Positions 48,210-57,615 of a stretch of 64,000 nucleotides of DNA are shown piece after piece. The notes beneath the pieces were generated by a model that was given only the letters and a program-made list of their open reading frames with translations, was not told the origin of the DNA and searched no databases. The DNA lies in IMG/VR virus record IMGVR_UViG_3300037067_016568, positions 32,001 through 96,000 of that record. The stretch is one strand, 5' to 3'. Every line of letters starts with the position of its first letter. The first letter of the stretch is position 1. Position numbers and translations under genes: made by a program. This DNA comes from a virus (Duplodnaviria; Caudoviricetes).

Positions 48210-48514
48210 TCTCCTCGTTTCAAAATGATGATGTTAAATATGTCAGATTGTGGGTTTGGCAAACCGTCGACTATAATAAATTCATGCACAAAAGGTGCAT
48301 CCATAGCACCAGAAGAATGAATGCCACGCAATTCCAAAGTTATAGTAGTACTATCTATGACTGGCACTTTCTTAACCAAGCAGCGGCCTGTTTCTGAAAC
48401 AGTGTCGGTGACCAGTAATTTGCCGTCAACCAAAACCTGCAATTCACGGGTGGCAACATTTGGGCTCTTTAAATCGTCAGGAATATTCATAACGATGTCA
48501 ATTGTTCCAACCAT
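48206..48514 (-). CDS. Hypothetical protein (start probably MVGTID)
   Basis: AGGAG before ATG 48514; overlaps the NUDIX start. Confidence 0.55.
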   Translation of the reverse strand: MVGTIDIVMNIPDDLKSPNVATRELQVLVDGKLLVTDTVSETGRCLVKKVPVIDSTTITLELRGIHSSGAMDAPFVHEFIIVDGLPNPQSDIFNIIILKRGE

Positions 48515-48615
48515 GATTCTCTCCTGAAATGCAAAAATTACAAACCAAACACTATCATATATTTGTTGTTTAGTTTTAACCAATAATCAAAATTATATAC
48601 AGAAGCGGTGACTAT

Positions 48616-49548
48616 ATGGCCAATGCTAAAAAAAGAGGTCGTCGAGGACGCAGACAGTGGCAGCCGGAATATCGTGCTTCCGAGGAAAATCCGGCTCGCT
48701 TAATTGATGTGAATGAGCCTGGCCTTCCTGGAATACATAGTGTCAAGAAAACATCACCACTCCCAAAGGAATTTTGCTGGGGGCATATGCCAGAAGGAAA
48801 AACAATGTTGTCACAAACATTAGAGAACAAGCTAAATTGTGCATTAAAACCATTGATGTCACAGCTTGAGCTTGATAATGATAATACTAGACTGGCATTG
48901 GAAGAGATGATGGATATTGCCATTTCACCATGCCGCTTCGATAACAAAAAGCAATTCGCACGTTTCTTAACAGAAGGTGTTATACTAAACGTCAACAGAT
49001 TAGTCTCTCAAGGAATAGGGATTCCACAAGGCGAATATGTCTTATATAGCATAACTCCTGAAAAGGCAATGCTAGTTCCTACTTCTGAAGTTTCAGTTCA
49101 AGAAACTGACTTCAGTAAGTCTCCACAATCATTCGAAATCCACACTAGCAGATTATTGGGGTGCTGGAATAAAATCGAGGGTACTATAGTAGAAGACAAT
49201 GTTCCACCACGACGATTCGGACGTAAAGAAATAGAACAAACATCTACATCGAAATATAAAAGCGTGCCAGAGGTCGTATCTGCTCTAGAACGTGCTGGCA
49301 AAACACAAGAGGAAGTTGCGGATGAAATTGGTGTTCATCCATCTACAGTTAGCCGATACAAACGCGCTACCAGCCACAAAGGAGGGCGGGTACCGAGTTT
49401 AGGCGCAGCATTAAAGTTAGCAGACGCTACAGGCTCAAATATTGAAGCTATGTTCGGCAACGTTGAACCACCACAAAAACATAGACGAACTAGTGGAAGC
49501 GGTGGTGGCAGAAACCCTGCATATAGGCAGGGCAATAATTCTAACTAG
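48616..49548 (+). CDS. XRE-family HTH domain protein
   Basis: GKTQEEVADEIGVHPSTVSRY..PSLGAALKLADA. Confidence 0.8.
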   Translation: MANAKKRGRRGRRQWQPEYRASEENPARLIDVNEPGLPGIHSVKKTSPLPKEFCWGHMPEGKTMLSQTLENKLNCALKPLMSQLELDNDNTRLALEEMMDIAISPCRFDNKKQFARFLTEGVILNVNRLVSQGIGIPQGEYVLYSITPEKAMLVPTSEVSVQETDFSKSPQSFEIHTSRLLGCWNKIEGTIVEDNVPPRRFGRKEIEQTSTSKYKSVPEVVSALERAGKTQEEVADEIGVHPSTVSRYKRATSHKGGRVPSLGAALKLADATGSNIEAMFGNVEPPQKHRRTSGSGGGRNPAYRQGNNSN

Positions 49549-49608
49549 ATTTAAACAGTAAATAGTTTCATTGGTCTGATATTGCACAGCACCAGAGATA
49601 TATAAATA

Positions 49609-50034
49609 ATGTATATAGAGCCAGTGCCGATTGGAGAAGACTACAATCAGTCATGTACCGTCTTCGAAATCAGGATATATGATCATCTCAACCATATTGA
49701 GCCATCTCAATTCGGCTTATGTGATGTGCCAAGTATCGATCCAGAAACATATTATGTAACTAGCGGTGACGCCATATGCAAAACAGAACAGCTACATAAA
49801 GATCTATGGGTATTAGTAGGGAAAATACAAAAGTTGGTCAATCAGAAACCAACAAAGGAAATGACAGCATATTTGAAAGCGTTATATGGATGCGCTGTCA
49901 GGTCGAAAAATTTGATCAATAAATTAAAAGTCGCCAAAGGTGAAGCCGTATTTCTCGAAACAGAATGGCGTGATAGAAAAGTCATAGCAGTAGCTAAAAA
50001 CCCCAGGCCAAAAACAAAAAACATAGAGGTCTAG
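49609..50034 (+). CDS. Hypothetical protein
   Basis: 141-aa ORF. Confidence 0.6.
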   Translation: MYIEPVPIGEDYNQSCTVFEIRIYDHLNHIEPSQFGLCDVPSIDPETYYVTSGDAICKTEQLHKDLWVLVGKIQKLVNQKPTKEMTAYLKALYGCAVRSKNLINKLKVAKGEAVFLETEWRDRKVIAVAKNPRPKTKNIEV

Positions 50035-50047
50035 GGTCACTATCAAG

Positions 50048-50662
50048 TCATTTGGAATCCAAGGGTCCAAATCCTAAATCTTCACGACTAAATGGTTTCC
50101 CGCGTGCGAATGCTAATACATCCATAAGCGCAGAATGCCACTTACGCTCCGCAGAACCGCCGCCAGATTGCAGTTTTGACTCTATCACAAGTATTATTTG
50201 TGCCGCGTCTGCAATAGCTATAATATCCCACTTCAGAGGCTCGTTATAATCGCCGAAACCATAGTGGTTCTCACGTTTCAAGACTTTAAGTCCAATTGTT
50301 GTCAAAATAGTTCTTATCAGCTTCTTTGCCATAAGACCATTTGCACCACTTGTTTTCGTCGGCCTACCACTGTTACCGTGATGCAAGCCCTTAATTTCAT
50401 CGAATAGCGATTGATCGATCTGCTTGTGGCCCTCCGGCACCAATCCATGATGACAACAGAACTTATTGAGATCGAATATTGGTGTAGTAAATTCTGGATA
50501 TTCTTGTAGTTTCGCAATCAACATCGGCGTAACCAAATCATTGATATTAGCGTAAACAATCAATGGTATGACTCTATAGCCAGACTTGATTTTGTTTTCT
50601 ACTTCTTGGAGCTCGCGTTGTGCTTGTGATAGTCGTTTCTTCATCTCAAATTCTCCATGCAA
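50048..50662 (-). CDS. PD-(D/E)xK nuclease, putative restriction endonuclease
   Basis: WDII..VIESKLQSGGGSAERK; overlaps the end of the methyltransferase gene. Confidence 0.55.
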   Translation of the reverse strand: MHGEFEMKKRLSQAQRELQEVENKIKSGYRVIPLIVYANINDLVTPMLIAKLQEYPEFTTPIFDLNKFCCHHGLVPEGHKQIDQSLFDEIKGLHHGNSGRPTKTSGANGLMAKKLIRTILTTIGLKVLKRENHYGFGDYNEPLKWDIIAIADAAQIILVIESKLQSGGGSAERKWHSALMDVLAFARGKPFSREDLGFGPLDSK

Positions 50663-51467
50663 TAAGTTCTTGTTCTATTATACCAGTTGTGTACTTAGGT
50701 TGAACACTGTGCCTCAATGGCACTGTTTTCAAAATGGCATCGGTTCCAGTAAACTGATCCAAGATGAATTGGTGTGCTCTGTTTGTGTAAACAAATGGTT
50801 GCTTACTATCTAAAATACATCGGATCAGTTCGACCTGATGTATGGCAGAAAATTCACCGCTATAATCAGTAAATTTCTTATCACCAAAATATGGTGGATC
50901 AACGAATAATAGGAATTTGTCATTACCAATATGATTGATGGTATCGATCGCCTTGCTATGACGAATTAACGTTCCTTGCAGAGCTTGTGAATCGCATCGT
51001 ATCAGTTCTGCATTACAAATTTCTGGATTTCGATAACTACCGGGCGGGACATTGAAGCGGCCTTGTTTATTAACACGCATCAATCCATTAAAGCATGTTC
51101 GCAGCAAGAACATTATCCTCGCTGCCTTCTTAACTGGATCATCTGGACTTGATGCTCGTATTCTTCGATATGTCGTTAATGATTGCTCTTCTGATTTATG
51201 GATGTATCTATATTCCGGTCTTGATAATTCAGATATTAACTCTTCTGGCATGTCTCTTATCACGCAATATAAAACAATCAATTCATCGTTAACATCAGCA
51301 ATGATTCTCTTTTTGAATTTGTCGAAGATGGTCCAATAAAGAGCACCGCCACCAACCATTGGTTCACAATAACCGATATCATCAGGAAAATGTTTCAGAA
51401 TTTCATGCAACTCTGACAATAAATACGCCTTACCACCAGCCCACTTTACAAACGGTTTCGGATTCAT
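50646..51467 (-). CDS. dam: Dam-family (D12 class) N6-adenine DNA methyltransferase
   Basis: KPFVKWAGGK, EPMVGGGA, CFNGLMRVNKQGRFNVP, DPPY. Confidence 0.9.
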   Translation of the reverse strand: MNPKPFVKWAGGKAYLLSELHEILKHFPDDIGYCEPMVGGGALYWTIFDKFKKRIIADVNDELIVLYCVIRDMPEELISELSRPEYRYIHKSEEQSLTTYRRIRASSPDDPVKKAARIMFLLRTCFNGLMRVNKQGRFNVPPGSYRNPEICNAELIRCDSQALQGTLIRHSKAIDTINHIGNDKFLLFVDPPYFGDKKFTDYSGEFSAIHQVELIRCILDSKQPFVYTNRAHQFILDQFTGTDAILKTVPLRHSVQPKYTTGIIEQELIAWRI

Positions 51468-51525
51468 ATTGTATGCCTCATTGTGCGTATTTAATAGAAT
51501 ACCAAATAACATTATAGGAGAAGTG

Positions 51526-52230
51526 ATGCATCAAGGTCTATATATTGTGTTCGAGGGCAGTGATTTCTCTGGTAAATCGACACTTGCTCATTTAGTTATG
51601 GAGGAATTGCGCGATACAGATTTAAATTGCATTTTGACCCATCATCCTGGATCTACACCACTTGGTAAGCACTTACGAAAGCTTGTTAAAACGCCGGAAG
51701 TTTTTCAAAGCGACGAGCCAATCGAAATTGATAACATGTCGGTCCAAATGATGATGATGATCGACCACAGTTGTTTTGTGAATACGAAGTTAATTCCATA
51801 TCTGGAAGACGGCGGTGTCGTTCTAGCAGATAGATCGAATTATATAGGATGCATTGTCTATGGTGTTGCAGAAGGACTAAAATTAACAACAATCAATAAA
51901 TTGTTGGGGCTCGTTCAGTCGCCCGCACCAGATAGGGTATTTATCATTTCAAATCGGTGGGAGACGATTGTTGAACGAATGAAAAAATCTGATCGAGCTA
52001 AATCTGATAGATATGACAGCAACGTTGATTTGCTGCATCGTGTCGGCGAACTCTATGATAATCTTCTCAAGCTAAGCCCAGAAGCACTCATGATGTTGTC
52101 CAGATATGCTCCGCTTGAGCATATCAAGTACCTTAATGGAGACACACCAGCCATAGAATTAGCAAAATCAATAGCACAACAAATAAAGCGACTTGCCAGT
52201 GAGAAAATGGCGAATATTGCTTCCCCCTAA
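51526..52230 (+). CDS. tmk: Thymidylate kinase
   Basis: IVFEGSDFSGKST P-loop, HPG, ADR, PD; AGGAG RBS. Confidence 0.9.
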   Translation: MHQGLYIVFEGSDFSGKSTLAHLVMEELRDTDLNCILTHHPGSTPLGKHLRKLVKTPEVFQSDEPIEIDNMSVQMMMMIDHSCFVNTKLIPYLEDGGVVLADRSNYIGCIVYGVAEGLKLTTINKLLGLVQSPAPDRVFIISNRWETIVERMKKSDRAKSDRYDSNVDLLHRVGELYDNLLKLSPEALMMLSRYAPLEHIKYLNGDTPAIELAKSIAQQIKRLASEKMANIASP

Positions 52231-52489
52231 GACCTTGCGCATATTCTTGTTTGCGTTTCTTGAGTCTCGATAGCTTTTTCGCTGCCAATATCTCTTCAGC
52301 AGAAATCGGCTTAGCCTCTACAAACTGCAGGTTTTTGCTGCGTAGATCGCGTCTTATTTTATTAAAATCTCCATAGACGTTGCCAGGATTGACTTCTATA
52401 GTGAAAGTCTGTATTTTATTGTTAGAATCGACAGCAACGCATCTCCACCACCGCAGTTGAGAAACATCAAAATCATTTGTGTCTTCCAT
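52133..52489 (-). CDS. Hypothetical protein with C-terminal TM helix
   Basis: Hydrophobic C-terminus; overlaps the tmk 3' end by about 100 nt. Confidence 0.5.
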   Translation of the reverse strand: MEDTNDFDVSQLRWWRCVAVDSNNKIQTFTIEVNPGNVYGDFNKIRRDLRSKNLQFVEAKPISAEEILAAKKLSRLKKRKQEYAQGLRGKQYSPFSHWQVALFVVLLILLILWLVCLH

Positions 52490-52504
52490 AAAGAGTGAAA
52501 TACA

Positions 52505-52996
52505 ATGAATGCAACATTAGTGTTCCCGTTGTCAGAGAAAAAACAAATTGTTCAATATCCAGAAGATTTTGTTCGCTTGGAATTCAAGCTTATCGATCCA
52601 GAAGCACGCGTTCCTTATCGCAAGCGTGATACAGATTCTGGTTATGACGTCTATTCAATTGAAGACGTCACAATAAAACCGCACAGCACAGAGAATATCC
52701 GCACAGGAATCATTGTTGCGTGTCCAGCCGGATGGTACTACACTGTTGAAGGTAGATCGTCGATGTGGATAGCTGGAGTGGCACCATTCCATGGTATCAT
52801 CGATGCGACCTATACAGGACCTCTTTTCGTTCGATTGTTCAATATGTCAGATGCTGAATATTGCATTAAGAAACACGACAGAGTAGCTCAAATCATTCTA
52901 CACAAAGCATATAATGCAGCATTTGTCGAGGTGGAGGAATTCAGCACGACACACAATCAAAGAGGAGCAGCTGGCTTCGGTTCCAGTGGGCGATAA
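52505..52996 (+). CDS. dut: Trimeric dUTPase
   Basis: SGYDV, GRSS, GIIDATYTG, RVAQII, RGAAGFGSSG. Confidence 0.95.
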   Translation: MNATLVFPLSEKKQIVQYPEDFVRLEFKLIDPEARVPYRKRDTDSGYDVYSIEDVTIKPHSTENIRTGIIVACPAGWYYTVEGRSSMWIAGVAPFHGIIDATYTGPLFVRLFNMSDAEYCIKKHDRVAQIILHKAYNAAFVEVEEFSTTHNQRGAAGFGSSGR

Positions 52997-53030
52997 ATCC
53001 CGCTAATATTGTTTGGATAAGGAGATCGGA

Positions 53031-53339
53031 ATGTTGGTGGTGGTCTACGGTAAAGCCGTCGATGATAAAGAATTAGGGATTTATATAGAAGGTGTGTTTT
53101 TTGGTGGTATTGCCACGACTCAAGAGGAAGCTGACCATCTTGCAAAAACATGTGTTAACTGCACGATAGGCGGTGTCGCAATCCCTAGAATTATTCCTGT
53201 TGGTGACAAAAACCTACATCAAATATTCAAGGAAGCTAAAGTTCGTTTCGATAAAATCGAAAGAGAGATGATGGAAACTGAAGATATCCTTCTCGCAAAT
53301 CAGCAGAGAAATAAAAGTAAGAGTAAAACCAAAAAATAG
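53031..53339 (+). CDS. Hypothetical protein
   Basis: AAGGAG before ATG 53031. Confidence 0.65.
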   Translation: MLVVVYGKAVDDKELGIYIEGVFFGGIATTQEEADHLAKTCVNCTIGGVAIPRIIPVGDKNLHQIFKEAKVRFDKIEREMMETEDILLANQQRNKSKSKTKK

Positions 53340-53348
53340 CTTCTACGA

Positions 53349-53446
53349 CTTTTTCTTTTGGCTTTCTTTGGCCGTGTAGAGCTTTCAGCCCATTCAAAGC
53401 CGCCTCGCACAAAAGCCAAAAGAAAAAGCCAGAAGAGGCTCTTCTG
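53349..53446. terminator. Inverted repeats between convergent genes
   Basis: 17-bp IR 53349-53365 / 53412-53428 plus palindrome cagaagag-g-ctcttctg. Confidence 0.55.
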
Positions 53447-53456
53447 AAACGGTCTT

Positions 53457-55886
53457 CTAAGCTAACTCTAGCTGCCCATGGACATATTCTGAGAACGCCC
53501 TGTCGTAGTCTCTGACAACTATACGACGCATTTTGCACCCTGGGAACATTCGCATACCAAATTTACCCATCGGTGTTTCTCTGATAATTGGGAAATATGG
53601 TGTAGAAATTGCAACTGGCGTTGGAAGTATCCCGCTTGCATCAGTGCTTGGTGGTATTAATAATCCATTCCACCATATCCACACTTGGCCACCACGTTGC
53701 ATGATTTCCAACTCATTCCAATATTCAACATTACCTGTCGTATCTGGCGACAAGCCATAGCCGCCATCATAAACAATAAATCCTGGCTGGTTAACTGCAG
53801 GAACCTCGCCACTACCATTATACGGTGCATCCTGAATATATGTTCCACTGACCGCATATCCGGGTGCCATGCCGCGAACAAAATCATCATCAATATCGAT
53901 GGTGTCTCCCTCGTAATTGAGACCAACATCGAGTGTTCCCACTTTAAAAAATAGCTCGACTTTGTTATCGGATGTCAAGGTGAAGTTTAACCTCACGCAT
54001 GGACAGCTATATTCTTGGTGTAGTACTTGTGCAATTTCTGCAACAACACCAACAAATGGTGTAGCACCGATCAAAGCGACAACATCCTCCGCATGCAAGG
54101 AACACATTGCTTTATAATCATACTTCCATGTTATACCAGCATTCAATCCAGTCAAGAGCCGTAATGAACCATGCTGAGGGAGGTCTTGGAAGCTAGCACC
54201 ACGAAGCAGTGCATAGTACCCTGTGTCGTGTGCAAGCGGACCAGTTTCAACAACGTTCAAGAAATATTCTTCGGTACTGTCAATCGGTGCATTCAATAAT
54301 ATATCATATGGCGGATAGACACCGCTTTCTGAAGGTCTGCCTAGCTCTATATTAACCAAACAAGAAGAAGCTCTGTGTCTATTCCATAAACAGACAGGCC
54401 GTTGTCGATACGAATCAGTAGACGATTGTCTTTCGACACGCAGACCCGGTAGATTGACGTCGATATTCGCAATATATTGATCATTGACGTCAAAAATCAT
54501 GATCTCTGATCCAGCGGTACCGCCAGACTGTGTGCCAGCGACCTCAGTAAGCAAGTAAGGCGGATCGATACCAGTCATACCCCATATACGGTGCTCGAAA
54601 TTTCTGAGATCAGAAACCAACTCGTAATCAAACGCCCCAGTTGGAGATGTTGGTTCTGTTCTCGCGGTCAATTGCGTGCCAAATTCGACACCTCCTACTT
54701 CAGACCAAATGTTTTGAGCGTCTAAGGTTGGTTTACAATTGAAGACATACTGGCGGATTGGCACATCATTTACCGAGCCTACCTGGAAGAACCACATATC
54801 AACTATGGTCCCAATAGGCAATATGCTGATTGTCTTATCCAATACTAGTGCTTTGCTATTCACACCACCTTCTGGATAGCTATATTGCCACACATTGGTC
54901 GCTATAAATGAAGTATTGTCAGCAACCATAGCGCCATGAACATCCCACCATTTACAGACGTACTGATTTGTTGATAAAATCTGAGTAGTATAATCTGTGA
55001 TGACAGCAGACCGCTTTGTTAATAAATTACCGTTGTATAACAACCCGCCAAGAATACCAGGAGCGGATTCCATGTTGAGGTCGAATCGAACCTGGTCCCC
55101 GTTACTGTCGCTGCCCATGAACCATACGCACTCTGGCGTAGCGCCAGCACCAGGCGTCATCGCCCAACCAACATCAGTCTGAGTGTTGTTTGTGGCGACT
55201 CTTTTAAGAACTAGTTCAAATTCACCGACACCAGGAGCGACTGAATCATCATATCTCTTAAATATCAACGACGGATAAGAAGTCTTGGTATTGAGCGATG
55301 TCGCCGGATCGGCTGGATTAACTATCATCGACTCAGGCAATAGATAGACCTTCAACTCGCCATATGAGCTAGTACCAGGCATTTTGCCAGCACAAGATGG
55401 CGGTCTAATTGACGATACTTCAGTCTCATCTTGAACCCAAAAAATCGATGCACATGTCTCAACATTACAGTTCAGTGGAATAGGTGAATCGACCGTCCAT
55501 CTGATTACATTACCGAAACGCTCTATAGACACAAACTCGCTTCCAGCGGCGAGAATAATATCACCCTGCATCCAGCCACCGTCGTCTGGGAAACCACCAC
55601 CTTGAAAGCCGACGATACCTAACCTCATTTGCGTAAGTGCATCAAGCTTGCACTTATCGTCAGCCGCCATTAGACCCATAGTGTCGCAGGTAGCAACTGG
55701 GACTGGATCAGATGAGATATGGCTGGTGCCGTGAATGCCTATTTGGCTTATTTGGCTGTCACGCCCCCATAGCGACCGCGTTTCAGCATCATATGCAAAT
55801 CCGCTAATTATGTCATCAGGCCCACTGACCTGAATCCACTGTTTGTCAACTAAAGAGGAATGTAATGGTATTTTGGTCAATGGCAT
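53457..55886 (-). CDS. Probable virion structural protein (809 aa)
   Basis: PVATCDTMGLMAADDKCKLD fiber-type motif; beta-rich. Confidence 0.65.
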   Translation of the reverse strand: MPLTKIPLHSSLVDKQWIQVSGPDDIISGFAYDAETRSLWGRDSQISQIGIHGTSHISSDPVPVATCDTMGLMAADDKCKLDALTQMRLGIVGFQGGGFPDDGGWMQGDIILAAGSEFVSIERFGNVIRWTVDSPIPLNCNVETCASIFWVQDETEVSSIRPPSCAGKMPGTSSYGELKVYLLPESMIVNPADPATSLNTKTSYPSLIFKRYDDSVAPGVGEFELVLKRVATNNTQTDVGWAMTPGAGATPECVWFMGSDSNGDQVRFDLNMESAPGILGGLLYNGNLLTKRSAVITDYTTQILSTNQYVCKWWDVHGAMVADNTSFIATNVWQYSYPEGGVNSKALVLDKTISILPIGTIVDMWFFQVGSVNDVPIRQYVFNCKPTLDAQNIWSEVGGVEFGTQLTARTEPTSPTGAFDYELVSDLRNFEHRIWGMTGIDPPYLLTEVAGTQSGGTAGSEIMIFDVNDQYIANIDVNLPGLRVERQSSTDSYRQRPVCLWNRHRASSCLVNIELGRPSESGVYPPYDILLNAPIDSTEEYFLNVVETGPLAHDTGYYALLRGASFQDLPQHGSLRLLTGLNAGITWKYDYKAMCSLHAEDVVALIGATPFVGVVAEIAQVLHQEYSCPCVRLNFTLTSDNKVELFFKVGTLDVGLNYEGDTIDIDDDFVRGMAPGYAVSGTYIQDAPYNGSGEVPAVNQPGFIVYDGGYGLSPDTTGNVEYWNELEIMQRGGQVWIWWNGLLIPPSTDASGILPTPVAISTPYFPIIRETPMGKFGMRMFPGCKMRRIVVRDYDRAFSEYVHGQLELA

Positions 55887-55929
55887 GCTTGTTTCTCCAC
55901 AATGTCATTTGTATCTTTGGGTGGTGATA

Positions 55930-57234
55930 CTACTCTTCAGGCCATGGCTTGCCACAACGATTGCAATTCCCATTATCACCACGTTCAAGCCGAGCGCCGC
56001 AATGAGGGCAGCATTCTTCGGGATGCTCAGGATCGTAACTAGGATCTTTCTTCCGTGATTCTAGTAGCATTCGTTTGACAGGACTACCCCTAAATTTTTG
56101 AACTGCTTCATTTATAGATGCATCAGAGCAGTCCGACTTAACAATCAGTTCATTCTCAATTATCTCAAATAGCACCGTATGATCATAATCCCATCCAGCA
56201 TCGTATAATATTTCTGCATGGCTAGTCGAATCTATGATAAATTGATCTGATAAAATGTCATATATAGCTAATTTATTAGCTGCTTCTGTCAGTAGTTTGC
56301 TGCCTGGTTTGTGATGTCTTATGTATGAATCTGTCGAATCCCAAATGAACCCAATATCCGGTGAATAAGTAAACCCCTCATACCCAAGGTCATCCAAATG
56401 ATATCCTGGATCATATCCCAAATCTTCTTCTGGCTCTGGTTCCGGCTCTTTCGGTCGGAGTGGCCTCCTAATCTCTCCTAAATCATCATAGTTATCCTCA
56501 TAACCAAGATCATCCAAATGATATTCCGGGCCGTAATCGTCAGGCTCCAGCTCGTCCATCTTCCGAAGTTCTTTGGCTATCTCAACCTGACGCTCTAATT
56601 CCCTTAGTTTCTTTCTATCTCTGACATATCTTGCATTTTTTGCTTTTCTTGCGTCTTCTGCCCCGTCGATGCCCATTCTTTCAGGAGACGTTCTACGCCT
56701 TTGTTTCTTTGGATCATATAACCTACGTTTAAGCTGCCATGCACCCCTGCCCAAATCATCAATACGATCTGCGTCTTTCTCAGGCTCTGAAATATGCTTC
56801 GCCTTATCTATGTCAGTAGCCGTCTTAACCTTCATATCTCTAGACGATGGTTTAGACTTTATATATGAGTCAAATTCTCCTCGCTCAACTTGTCTGATAT
56901 ATTTTGTATCATATGTTCTGTAGAACATGGCCACATCAGGCAGTTGCGATTTAAGAAAGCGATATCTGGACCGCAAAGAACCACGTTTGAAAAGCCTGTC
57001 GGCCAATTTGCGAAGCTTAATCAATTGACCGCTTGATAGATAATTAAGATTCACGCCACCTACTAAATTATTCTTAGTAGATGGATGCTTCCAATCGCCG
57101 AGCACCAAAACTGAAGGCTTTGGGTCAGTATCATAATTCAAATAGCCAAATGATGATTGAGGATATGTGTGTTTAGCTAAACGGCGACTCGCAGTTTTTC
57201 GAAGGCTTCGCTCAGATATTAAGCGTAGTGGCAT
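55930..57234 (-). CDS. Protein with T4 gp2 (DNA end protector)-like N-terminal motif and C-terminal Zn ribbon
   Basis: GGVNLNYLS..YRTY; YHLDDLGYE repeat; CPHCG..CNRCG. Confidence 0.45.
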   Translation of the reverse strand: MPLRLISERSLRKTASRRLAKHTYPQSSFGYLNYDTDPKPSVLVLGDWKHPSTKNNLVGGVNLNYLSSGQLIKLRKLADRLFKRGSLRSRYRFLKSQLPDVAMFYRTYDTKYIRQVERGEFDSYIKSKPSSRDMKVKTATDIDKAKHISEPEKDADRIDDLGRGAWQLKRRLYDPKKQRRRTSPERMGIDGAEDARKAKNARYVRDRKKLRELERQVEIAKELRKMDELEPDDYGPEYHLDDLGYEDNYDDLGEIRRPLRPKEPEPEPEEDLGYDPGYHLDDLGYEGFTYSPDIGFIWDSTDSYIRHHKPGSKLLTEAANKLAIYDILSDQFIIDSTSHAEILYDAGWDYDHTVLFEIIENELIVKSDCSDASINEAVQKFRGSPVKRMLLESRKKDPSYDPEHPEECCPHCGARLERGDNGNCNRCGKPWPEE

Positions 57235-57248
57235 GTCGCTCTCACAGT

Positions 57249-57542
57249 TTATAACACTGACTGCATCAATATTCTATTACCCACAAAATTGATCTCTGCC
57301 CCAATAACTTTAACTTCGCCAAATCCTCGTGATTCTAGCGTGTATAGTAATTGCTCTATTTCAGGTGTCGTCCCAAATATATTAAGATTCCTAATGTCGT
57401 CTAACGATACACTGTCGTTGCCATTCTGGGACATCCTAGCTATTACTACAAATAGCTTTTTGGCTTGAAAAGGCAGCTTTTCAAATAATCTGGACTGCGT
57501 GCTCTGTTTCGACTCAACAATGGGTATCCTGATAATCTTCAT
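57249..57542 (-). CDS. Small winged-helix-like protein
   Basis: VSLDDI..EIEQLLYTLESRGF. Confidence 0.5.
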   Translation of the reverse strand: MKIIRIPIVESKQSTQSRLFEKLPFQAKKLFVVIARMSQNGNDSVSLDDIRNLNIFGTTPEIEQLLYTLESRGFGEVKVIGAEINFVGNRILMQSVL

Positions 57543-57615
57543 AAAATTATCTACCTAAATACGACAAAGGCGACAGATAACGGACATACCGTTTGACTGT
57601 CGCCTTTGTGGTGTG

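Noticed and set aside
47812-48228. 138-aa plus-strand ORF
   Set aside because: Antisense to the clear NUDIX gene
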